Part shown: positions 37,316 through 44,632 of the stretch, piece by piece
Numbering within the stretch: the stretch's first letter is position 1
Layout: each line of letters starts with the position of its first letter
From: Gemmatimonadota bacterium
GTDB lineage: Bacteria; Gemmatimonadota; Gemmatimonadetes; Palauibacterales; Palauibacteraceae
NCBI GenBank assembly: GCA_032251515.1
Contig: JAVVDU010000008.1
Span: 14,007 to 78,006 of the forward strand
Length of the DNA: 64,000 nucleotides
Direction of reading: 5' to 3'
Notes under the pieces: model-generated
The model's database searches: none
What the model was told of the DNA's origin: nothing
The model's input: the letters and a program-made list of their open reading frames with translations, nothing else
Made by a program: the position numbers and the translations under genes

Positions 37316-37466
37316 GAGGTCGTGCGAGGGGGTCGATTGAGGCCCTTTCGGAACCTTTCGCCCTTCCCCCCGGGTTTCCGCCGTCCCCTCGCGGGGCGTG
37401 ACGTCCGCCGGACGATCAGGAGCGTTCTACCCTAGTGTTGGCTCAATCACTATGCCTCACACGCCC
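37283..37466 (-). ncRNA. ssrS: Probable 6S RNA-like structured RNA (~184 nt)
   Basis: Has its own promoter and terminator. Nested long-range pairing CGTGTGAGG/CCTCGCACG, then GATTGAG/CTCAATC, a central bubble starting CCAACACT, inner stems and an apical CCCC-GCGA-GGGG hairpin. The TTGAGCCAACAC segment resembles the 6S central-bulge border. Confidence 0.65.
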
Positions 37467-37472
37467 GGAACC

Positions 37473-37501
37473 AAGCTAACGCCGGGCCGGGGCGCGGGCA
37501 A
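37473..37501 (-). promoter_or_regulatory. Putative sigma70-type promoter for the 6S-like RNA
   Basis: TTGCCC-N17-TAGCTT; the predicted start (~37466) coincides with the 5' end of the closing stem. Confidence 0.65.
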
Positions 37502-37519
37502 CGACGCGGCGGGCCGACC

Positions 37520-38935
37520 TCACAGGCTCAGCCACAGCCCGGTGAGCGCGAACGCCGCGGCGGCGGCGGCGCCGGCCAGGAGGGCGTAGGGGAGCTGCGT
37601 GCGGACGTGCTCGATGTGGTCCGACGCCGAGGCGAGGGACGCGACGATCGTGGTGTCGCTGATCGGGCTGCAGTGGTCCCCGAACACGCCGCCCGACAGG
37701 GAGGCCGCCACGAAGGGGGCGATCGGCAGGCCGAGGGCCGCGGCGAGCGGCACGGCGACCGGGATCATGATCGCGAAGGTGCCCCAGCTGCTGCCCGTCG
37801 CGAAGGCGATGCCGCCGGCCACCACGAACAGCAGCGGCAGGAGCAGGGCGGGCGGCACGCGGCCTCCCACGACGCCGGCCACGTAGGTCCCCGTGCCCAT
37901 CTCCTGCGTCACCGCTCCGAGGGTGATCGCGAGGAGCAGCACCAGCGCCATGCCGGTGAGCGCCCCGGCGCCCTGCAGGGCGACCTGTCCGATCCGCTCG
38001 AGGTCGAGGAGGCGTTGCGCGAGCGACAGGACCGAGGCGGCCCCGATCCCGGCCAGCACCGCCCACAGGACGGACGTCGACCCGGAGCCGGCCATGACGT
38101 CGCCGGCCCCCGTGATCCACATGGCGACGGGCATGGTGAGCACCATCACCGCGATCGGGAGGACCATGTTCACGGGCCGCTGCGGGATCCCCGCGGCCGG
38201 GGGAGGCGCCATGTCCTCCGGGTCGGCGATCGCCTGGGCGTGGTCCCAGTGCAGCCGGCCGTCTCGCGTGCGCTCCTCCGCCGCCTTCATCGGGCCGATC
38301 TCGAGGTCCCGCCAGGCCACCGTGCCCGCGAGGGCGAACGCGGCGAGCGCGTAGAAGTTCAGCGGGATCGTGGCGACGAGGACCGGCACGGCGTCCTCCA
38401 CGCCGAGCGACAGCAGGAGGCCCAGGATGAAGGCCCCCCAGGCGTTGAACGGGATCAGCACGCACACGGGCGCCGAGGTCGAATCGATGATGTAGGCCAG
38501 CTTCTCGCGCGACACGCGGAAGCGGTCGAACAGCGGGCGGCACACCGACCCGGCGACGAGCACCGTGATGTTCGACTCGATGAAGATCACGAGCCCGATC
38601 AGCCAGGCGAGGACCCGGGCCCGGCGGCCGTCCGTCACCCAGCGCCGCCGCTCCACCCAGCTCACGAAGCCGCGCACCCCCCCGTTCGCCTCCACGAGCG
38701 CGATCAGGGCCCCGATCGCGAACGTGAACAGGAGCACGCGGGCGTTCCCCGCGTCGGTAACGGTGGCCACGGTCCCGTCGATCGCGGCGGCGGCACCGCG
38801 CAGGGGGTGCCAGCCCGAGAGGATCGTCCAGCCCAGCCAGATGCCGCCGGCCAGCGACAGGTAGACCTGGCGGGTGCGGATCGCCAGGCCGATCGCCAGG
38901 AGAGGCGGCAGCAGGGACAGCGCTCCGTAGTGGAT
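37520..38935 (-). CDS. Na+/H+ antiporter NhaC-family membrane transporter (probable non-canonical ATC start)
   Basis: SREKLAYIIDSTSAP, FATGSSWGTFAIMIP, GGVFGDHCSPISDTT, HVRTQLPYA. The family-type N-terminus YGALSLLPPLLAIGLAIRTRQV lies upstream of the first GTG (38770). Confidence 0.88.
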   Translation of the reverse strand: MHYGALSLLPPLLAIGLAIRTRQVYLSLAGGIWLGWTILSGWHPLRGAAAAIDGTVATVTDAGNARVLLFTFAIGALIALVEANGGVRGFVSWVERRRWVTDGRRARVLAWLIGLVIFIESNITVLVAGSVCRPLFDRFRVSREKLAYIIDSTSAPVCVLIPFNAWGAFILGLLLSLGVEDAVPVLVATIPLNFYALAAFALAGTVAWRDLEIGPMKAAEERTRDGRLHWDHAQAIADPEDMAPPPAAGIPQRPVNMVLPIAVMVLTMPVAMWITGAGDVMAGSGSTSVLWAVLAGIGAASVLSLAQRLLDLERIGQVALQGAGALTGMALVLLLAITLGAVTQEMGTGTYVAGVVGGRVPPALLLPLLFVVAGGIAFATGSSWGTFAIMIPVAVPLAAALGLPIAPFVAASLSGGVFGDHCSPISDTTIVASLASASDHIEHVRTQLPYALLAGAAAAAAFALTGLWLSL

Positions 38936-39048
38936 TGTCCGCCTCCGTCGGGATGGGGGCCCGGATCAGGGCCGCGCCGGGGCGGCGGGCCGCGGCGGCT
39001 CCGCCCCAAGAGACGTCCCCGCGACCGGAGCGTCAAATCCCGCCGCGC

Positions 39049-39636
39049 TCAGCGGCGGGACACCCACGGGCTGCGCCCGTCGTACCAGCGCCACGGGCGG
39101 TCGGCCGCCCGCCGGATGCCGACCCGCGTCGTGGCGACGACGGCCGCGTCCGGTACGGGCTCGCCCGCCTCGATCCACAGCGGCGGACGATCCAGCCGGT
39201 GCCGCTGCAGGTCCGTCCCGATGCCCAGGGCGCGCACCAGCCGGCCGGGGCCGCTCGTGAGCTCGGGGCGTCCCGCGCGGCGCGACCGCATCGACTCGAT
39301 GCCCTCCACCGGCTCGAGGGCCCGCACGAGGACCCCCTCCGGCCGCCCGGGCTCCGCCGCGACCACGTTCAGGCACCAGTGGACGCCATAGTTCAGGTGC
39401 AGGTAGACCGTGCCCGGAGGGCCGAACAGGGGGTCGTTGCGGGCGGTGCGCCCGATGCGGGCGGCCGCGTGCGACGCGGGGTCGCCCGGGCCCGGATACG
39501 CCTCCGTCTCCACGATCCGGCCGGCCGCCCGGCCCTCGGGCGTCGCGTGCACGAGCAGCCGCCCGAGCAGGTCGCGCGCCAGCGCGACGGCCGGACGGGC
39601 ATGGAAGGAGAGCGGCAGGGCCCGCGCCCGCGTCAG
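39049..39636 (-). CDS. mpg: DNA-3-methyladenine glycosylase (MPG/AAG family; probable CTG start)
   Basis: In-frame LSFHARPAVALARDLLGRLL upstream of GTG 39552; GRIVETEAY, DPASHA, YGVHWCLNVV, VLVRALEP, GPGRL, RVGI. Confidence 0.9.
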   Translation of the reverse strand: MTRARALPLSFHARPAVALARDLLGRLLVHATPEGRAAGRIVETEAYPGPGDPASHAAARIGRTARNDPLFGPPGTVYLHLNYGVHWCLNVVAAEPGRPEGVLVRALEPVEGIESMRSRRAGRPELTSGPGRLVRALGIGTDLQRHRLDRPPLWIEAGEPVPDAAVVATTRVGIRRAADRPWRWYDGRSPWVSRR

Positions 39637-41714
39637 GCCTCGTCTCCCGCCTCGCCGCGCCGCTCATTCTCGCGGCCCTCGATCACGGCCTTCGCCCGGT
39701 GCTCGGGCAGGACCGAGCGGATCCGCTCGGGTGCGGAGTCGATCACCTCGTAGACCTCCGACCCGAACTCCGAGAACAGCGCCTCCGCCGTGCGGCGGCC
39801 GACGCCCGCGTAGTTCCGCGCCATCGCCTCCACCTCGGTCCGGAACTCCGCCGCCTCTCCGGACGGGACGTGCGCCTCGCCCTCGCCCCGGCGACGGTTC
39901 CGGCCCCGCACCGAGCGACGGGCCGGCGAGCGGTCCCCCGCCTCCTCCGACCCTGCCGACGGCCCCTCCTCCTCCGCCTCGGCCGGTTCCGGCCGGGAGG
40001 CGCCATCGTCCACCGGTCCAGGCACCGGACCGGCGGGCGCGGCGGGACGGGACGCGCGTCCGCGTGACCCCCGCCGGAAGCGTCCCAGCGAGGGAGCGGA
40101 GCGGCCACCGGCCGCAGAACCCGCCTCGTCGGCCCGCGGAGCCGGCGCCGGCTCCGCCGAAGGCTCCGTCGCGGCGGGAGTGGCCTCTTCCCGCACGGCC
40201 TCATCGGCCGGCTTCGCGGCCGCTGGAGTCGCGGCGGGCGTCTCGTCGCGGGCCGCGTCAGGCGTGTCACCGGCCCCGGACTGCGACTCGTCCCGCGACT
40301 CGTCCCGCTTCTCGTCCCGTTCGCGGCCGCGCCCCCGGCCCCGGCCCCGGGAGCGGCCCCGGGCCGACCGTGCCGGCTCTTCCGACTTCGTCGGGCGCGC
40401 CTGCGTCCCGGGGGCCGGCGCATCGGAGACCGACGGGGACGCATCCGAGACCGGCGGTGCCGCCCCGTTCCCGGCGGGCGACACGAGGTAGTTCCCCTCC
40501 GGGCCGCGCTCGAGGTCGATCACCTCCTCGTCGTGCGCCTGCCGCAGGAAACGGCTGAACTTCCGGAACCCGAGCGCCGCCTCGTCGAACTGCCCGTCCT
40601 TCTCGAGCATCCGCCGCTTCACCTCGGAGTCGCGCACGGGCTCGCCGGGACGCGCCAGCTCGGCCGCCACGTCCTGCAGCAGCCGGTAGGCGCCACGCAG
40701 GCGGTCCTCGTCCACCTCGGGCGGCGCCTCGTCGGCCGGGGCCGCATCCGTCTCGCGCCGGCGCGACCGCTCACTCGAGCGACCGCCGCCGCGGGAGCGC
40801 CGGCGGTCGCGGCGCTCCCCGCCGGTCCCGGCGGATGTCGCGCGTCCGGAGGCCGGCGGCGCCGCGGGCCGCGCGGACGGTGCGGTCGTCGCCGGGGCCG
40901 ACGCGGCCGACGCGACCGTCCCGCTCCCGTCCGCCGTGGCCCGGGCCTTGGGACCCGGCTCCACCTCGTACTGCCCGTTCGGCGCCTTCTCGAGCACGAG
41001 AATGCCCCGGGATGCCGCCTCGGTGAGGAAGCGGTTGAACTTGCTGAACCCGATCTCCTTCTCGTCGAAGGCGCCGTCCAGCTCGAGCATCACCTGCTTG
41101 AAGCGGTCCGAGCGCATGACGTCCTTGCGGTCCACCATGCGCAGGATCGCCCGGGATGCCAGCTCCCACGGGTCGTGCTTCTCGGTCGGGCCGTCCGCCG
41201 CGGAGCGCAGCCCCGAGATGCTGTTGTAGCTGTAGTACTCGTCGCAGTTTTGGATCAGGAGGTCCGAGCTGGACTCCTGCATCCCCACGCCGATGATGTA
41301 CTTCCCGTACTCCTTGAGCTTCAGCACGAGGCTCGAGAAGTCGGAGTCGCCCGACAGCAGGATGTACGTGCCGATCTCGGGCCGCGTGAACACCAGCTCG
41401 AGCGCGTCGATCGCCAGCCGGATGTCGGTGGCGTTCTTCTTGGACGAGCCGTACGCCGGGGCGAAGATCAGGTCGATCGACGCCTCGGACAGGGAGACGA
41501 TGTACTGGGGATAGCGCCGCCAGTCCGCGTAGGCGCGCTGGACGGCCACCTTCCCCTTGATGATGTCGGATTCGAGCAACTTGCGGAGCTCCAGGCCCAG
41601 GTTGGACCGGATCCCCATGGTGACGTTGTCGAAGTCGATGAGCAGGGCCGCGTTGGAGGATGACTCCTCGGCCGGCGAGCGCCGGTGCGGCGCGCGCGTG
41701 TAGAATTCGTTCAT
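39633..41714 (-). CDS. NYN (LabA/DUF88) ribonuclease domain with two OST-HTH/LOTUS domains, long disordered linkers and a C-terminal HhH-like domain
   Basis: IDFDN, RAYADW, KNATDIRLAIDA, SGDSDF, CDEYYSY; two FDE..GF.KF.RFL LOTUS motifs; GVGRRTAEALFSEFG; GAGAGG SD before ATG 41714. Confidence 0.88.
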   Translation of the reverse strand: MNEFYTRAPHRRSPAEESSSNAALLIDFDNVTMGIRSNLGLELRKLLESDIIKGKVAVQRAYADWRRYPQYIVSLSEASIDLIFAPAYGSSKKNATDIRLAIDALELVFTRPEIGTYILLSGDSDFSSLVLKLKEYGKYIIGVGMQESSSDLLIQNCDEYYSYNSISGLRSAADGPTEKHDPWELASRAILRMVDRKDVMRSDRFKQVMLELDGAFDEKEIGFSKFNRFLTEAASRGILVLEKAPNGQYEVEPGPKARATADGSGTVASAASAPATTAPSARPAAPPASGRATSAGTGGERRDRRRSRGGGRSSERSRRRETDAAPADEAPPEVDEDRLRGAYRLLQDVAAELARPGEPVRDSEVKRRMLEKDGQFDEAALGFRKFSRFLRQAHDEEVIDLERGPEGNYLVSPAGNGAAPPVSDASPSVSDAPAPGTQARPTKSEEPARSARGRSRGRGRGRGRERDEKRDESRDESQSGAGDTPDAARDETPAATPAAAKPADEAVREEATPAATEPSAEPAPAPRADEAGSAAGGRSAPSLGRFRRGSRGRASRPAAPAGPVPGPVDDGASRPEPAEAEEEGPSAGSEEAGDRSPARRSVRGRNRRRGEGEAHVPSGEAAEFRTEVEAMARNYAGVGRRTAEALFSEFGSEVYEVIDSAPERIRSVLPEHRAKAVIEGRENERRGEAGDEA

Positions 41715-41840
41715 ACCTCTCGTTCCACCTTCGTTCTGCATGGATCCCGCCGGGTGGCGGGCGAGAGGCCCGTCGACCTCGCCTCCGGTGTCACCGGAGG
41801 GGATGGTGCGACGGGTCTCTCCGTCTCGTGTCCGCCGGCG

Positions 41841-43439
41841 TCAGGCCGGCGGACGGCTTCCGGCGGCGACGCGGACCTTCATCAGCCGGACCAGTTCGGC
41901 CCGGCGGGTCCGTCCGCCGCTCGCTTCGGGCAGCGCGTCCAGGAACGCGATGACGTCCGGGAGCTTGTAGTCGGCCAGGGCCGGACGGCACAGCTCGCGG
42001 ACCTCCTCTTCCGTCACCAGGGCTCCCTCCACGGGAACCACGCAGGCGCAGACGAGCTCGCCCAGTACTTCGTTCGGCACGCCCACTACCGCGGCGTCCT
42101 GGACCGCGGGCAGGGACCGGAGGTGATCCTCCACCTCCCGCGGGTGCACGCTGTAGCCGCCCCGCAGGATCACGTCGCTCTCCCGGCCCACCACGCGAAC
42201 GTGCCCGGACGGTTCCACGGTTCCCAGGTCGCCCGTGCGGAGGAACCCGTCCTCCGTGAAGGCGGCCCGTGTCACGCCCGGCTGGCGGAAGTAGCCCAGC
42301 ATCAGGTTCGGGCCGCGGACGGCGATCTCTCCCGTCTCGCCGGCCGGGACCGGCTCCCCCTTCGCGTCCAGCACCTGGACCTCGACGCCTTCGAGAGGAC
42401 GTCCCACCGTGGTGGAGCGCGCCTCTCCGTCTTCCGGGCTCGTGATCGTCACCGTGGGGGACGTCTCGGTCAGCCCGTAGGCGATCTCGACACCGGGGCA
42501 GAGGTCCCGCCGCACGGCCTCGATCAGGCCGGGCCGGACGGGCGCACCGGCGATGATACCGGTCCGCAGGGAGGAAAGGTCCCTGCCCGCCGCCTCCTGC
42601 TCCCGCAGCAGCAGCACGAACATCGTCGGCACGCCGTGCAGGACGGTGGGCCGGTGCCGCTCCACGAGCTCCAGGGCTTCGGCGGCGTCGAATCGCTCCT
42701 GCAGGAGCAGCGACGCCCCGCTGACGACCGAGGTCACGAGCGCCGAGCCGAGCCCGAAGATGCTGAACAGCGGCACGGCGCACAGCGTGAGGTCGTCCGT
42801 GCCCATGCCGATCGCCGCGGCCGTGGCCCGCGCCGTCCAGGCCAGACTCCCGTGCGACAGCACGACGCCCTTCTGCTTGTGCGACGTGCCCGCCGTGTAG
42901 AGGATCGCGGCCGGGTCGGTCGGTTCCATCTCCACCGGCACGAGCGGCTTGCCGCGGCCGGAGGAGACGAGGTCCTCGAACTGGAAGATCCGGTCGTCGT
43001 ACCAGAGGTCCTCTTCGCCCACCGTGACCAGGTACTGCAGGCCCGGCAGGTCGGAGAACAGTCCCTCGAACAGCTCCAGGCAGTCCACGTCTCCCAGGCG
43101 CTCCGCCGTCACGACCACCGAGCACTCCGTGTTGCGGAGCACGAACTGCAGGTCGCGCGGCGCGTAGCCGGGATTCAAGGGAACGACGGTAGTGCCGAGC
43201 TCGGCGCCGGCGAGGGCGGAGATCACGAACTCGGGTCCGTTCGGCAGGTACAGGCCGACCCGGTCGCCCTTCTCCACGCCCAGGTCCTGCAGGGCGCACG
43301 CCAGTGCCCGGGCCTGCGCGGCCGTCGCCGCCCACGTCCATTCCTGGTCGCGGTAGCGGAGGAACAACTCGTCGGGGCGGAGCTCCGCCTGGGCCCGGAA
43401 GGCGCCGGCGATGCCCGGCGTGCCGGAGGTCACGTGCAT
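41841..43439 (-). CDS. Class I adenylate-forming enzyme (acyl-CoA synthetase-like) with divergent motifs
   Basis: TGATG overlap with aroB; GVEKGDRV, YTAGTSHKQKG, AYGLTETSP, GEIAVRG, FLRTGDLG, GR..DVILRGG, YKLP. Confidence 0.85.
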   Translation of the reverse strand: MHVTSGTPGIAGAFRAQAELRPDELFLRYRDQEWTWAATAAQARALACALQDLGVEKGDRVGLYLPNGPEFVISALAGAELGTTVVPLNPGYAPRDLQFVLRNTECSVVVTAERLGDVDCLELFEGLFSDLPGLQYLVTVGEEDLWYDDRIFQFEDLVSSGRGKPLVPVEMEPTDPAAILYTAGTSHKQKGVVLSHGSLAWTARATAAAIGMGTDDLTLCAVPLFSIFGLGSALVTSVVSGASLLLQERFDAAEALELVERHRPTVLHGVPTMFVLLLREQEAAGRDLSSLRTGIIAGAPVRPGLIEAVRRDLCPGVEIAYGLTETSPTVTITSPEDGEARSTTVGRPLEGVEVQVLDAKGEPVPAGETGEIAVRGPNLMLGYFRQPGVTRAAFTEDGFLRTGDLGTVEPSGHVRVVGRESDVILRGGYSVHPREVEDHLRSLPAVQDAAVVGVPNEVLGELVCACVVPVEGALVTEEEVRELCRPALADYKLPDVIAFLDALPEASGGRTRRAELVRLMKVRVAAGSRPPA

Positions 43440-44632
43440 CACGCGGGAGAATCTGGCACTTCGGCGCACGTTCGTAAAGCCGCGCCCAGCAGCGCCGGCA
43501 GCTCGTCCGTCGGCAGCTCCACCGTGTGCGCGCCCGCCCCGTCCCGCGCCGCCTCGCCGATGCGGGCCGGCAGCGCCCAGCGGATCGCACCCCGCCGGGA
43601 CTTCTTGTCGGCCCTCGCCGCCGCGAGAATCCGCTCCACCGTCCAGTCCGGGTCGGGCTCCGCCGGGAGGCCGCACGCGTCCAGCACGCGGCCGATCGCG
43701 TCCGCCGTGCCCGCCGCGGTGCAGCCGACCAGCTCCCCCAGCCGCGCCTCGACCCGCATCCCGAACGCCACGGCCTCGCCGTGCACGAGGGAGTAGCCGG
43801 AGAGGGCCTCCAGCGCGTGCCCCACGGTGTGCCCGAAGTTCAGGACGGCCCGCAGGTCCCGCTCGAGGGGGTCGGCGGCGACCACGGCTGCCTTCGCCGC
43901 CACGGAGCGCCCGACGAGCGCCTCGAGTTCGTCCGTCGCCCCGGCCGCGACTCCGTCCGCCCCGGCGGCGACTCCGTCCGCCCCTGCCGCGGCCGCCAGC
44001 CCGTCCGCCCGCTCCGCGATCCAGGCGAAGAACTCCGCGTCCCGCATCGCGGCCATCTTCACCGGCTCGGCGAGGCCGGCCCGCAGCTGGAACGGAGGCA
44101 GGGTGACCAGCACGTCCGGGTCCACCAGCACGCCGGCCGGGTGGTGGAAGGCTCCGGTCGCGTTCTTGGCCGCCGGAGCGTCGACCCCGGTCTTTCCGCC
44201 CACCGAGCTGTCCACCATGGCGAGCAGCGTCGTCGGGACCTGCACGACGGGAACGCCCCGCAGGAAGGTCGCGGCCACGAATCCGGCAAGGTCGCCCGTG
44301 ACGCCGCCGCCCAGTCCGATCACGGCCGCGTCCCGCCCCAGCCCCGCTTCCAGGAGCCCGTCGAGCACGTCGGCCCACGTCTCGCGCGTCTTGTTCCATT
44401 CCCCGGCCGGAAACGGCAGGAGCAGCGCGTCGAGGCCCTCCCCGGCGAGCGAGGCGAGGGCCGCCTCCCCGTACAGCTCGGCCACGCGGCTGTCGGCGAT
44501 CACGGCGTAGCGGTGCGCCGGGGCCCGCGCCGCCGCGAACTCCCCCAGGCGCGCGAGGGCGCCCCGGCCGATCACCACGTCGTAGGACGGGGCGGCCGCC
44601 GGCCGCGGCACCTCGACCCGCAGGACCTTCAT
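43439..44632 (-). CDS. aroB: 3-dehydroquinate synthase
   Basis: GEWNKT, GLGGGVTGDLAGF, QVPTTLLAMVDSSVGGKTG, KNATGAFH, LNFGHTVGHALE, HGEAV, DKK; ATGA overlap. Confidence 0.95.
   Translation of the reverse strand: MKVLRVEVPRPAAAPSYDVVIGRGALARLGEFAAARAPAHRYAVIADSRVAELYGEAALASLAGEGLDALLLPFPAGEWNKTRETWADVLDGLLEAGLGRDAAVIGLGGGVTGDLAGFVAATFLRGVPVVQVPTTLLAMVDSSVGGKTGVDAPAAKNATGAFHHPAGVLVDPDVLVTLPPFQLRAGLAEPVKMAAMRDAEFFAWIAERADGLAAAAGADGVAAGADGVAAGATDELEALVGRSVAAKAAVVAADPLERDLRAVLNFGHTVGHALEALSGYSLVHGEAVAFGMRVEARLGELVGCTAAGTADAIGRVLDACGLPAEPDPDWTVERILAAARADKKSRRGAIRWALPARIGEAARDGAGAHTVELPTDELPALLGAALRTCAEVPDSPA
43938..43990. repeat. 21-bp tandem repeat (~2.5 copies) inside aroB
   Basis: GCCCCGGCCGCGACTCCGTCC / GCCCCGGCGGCGACTCCGTCC / partial third copy; encodes (AAGADGV)n. 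Confidence 0.7.

Noticed and set aside
37283-37466. Known THF, preQ1, Moco, SAM or cobalamin riboswitch upstream of PTPS-folE
   Set aside because: I could not find the conserved cores of these aptamers; size and rod architecture fit 6S better.
39633-41714. NYN protein as a toxin-antitoxin or anti-phage defence gene
   Set aside because: No antitoxin or defence-island neighbours; it is embedded in a housekeeping operon.
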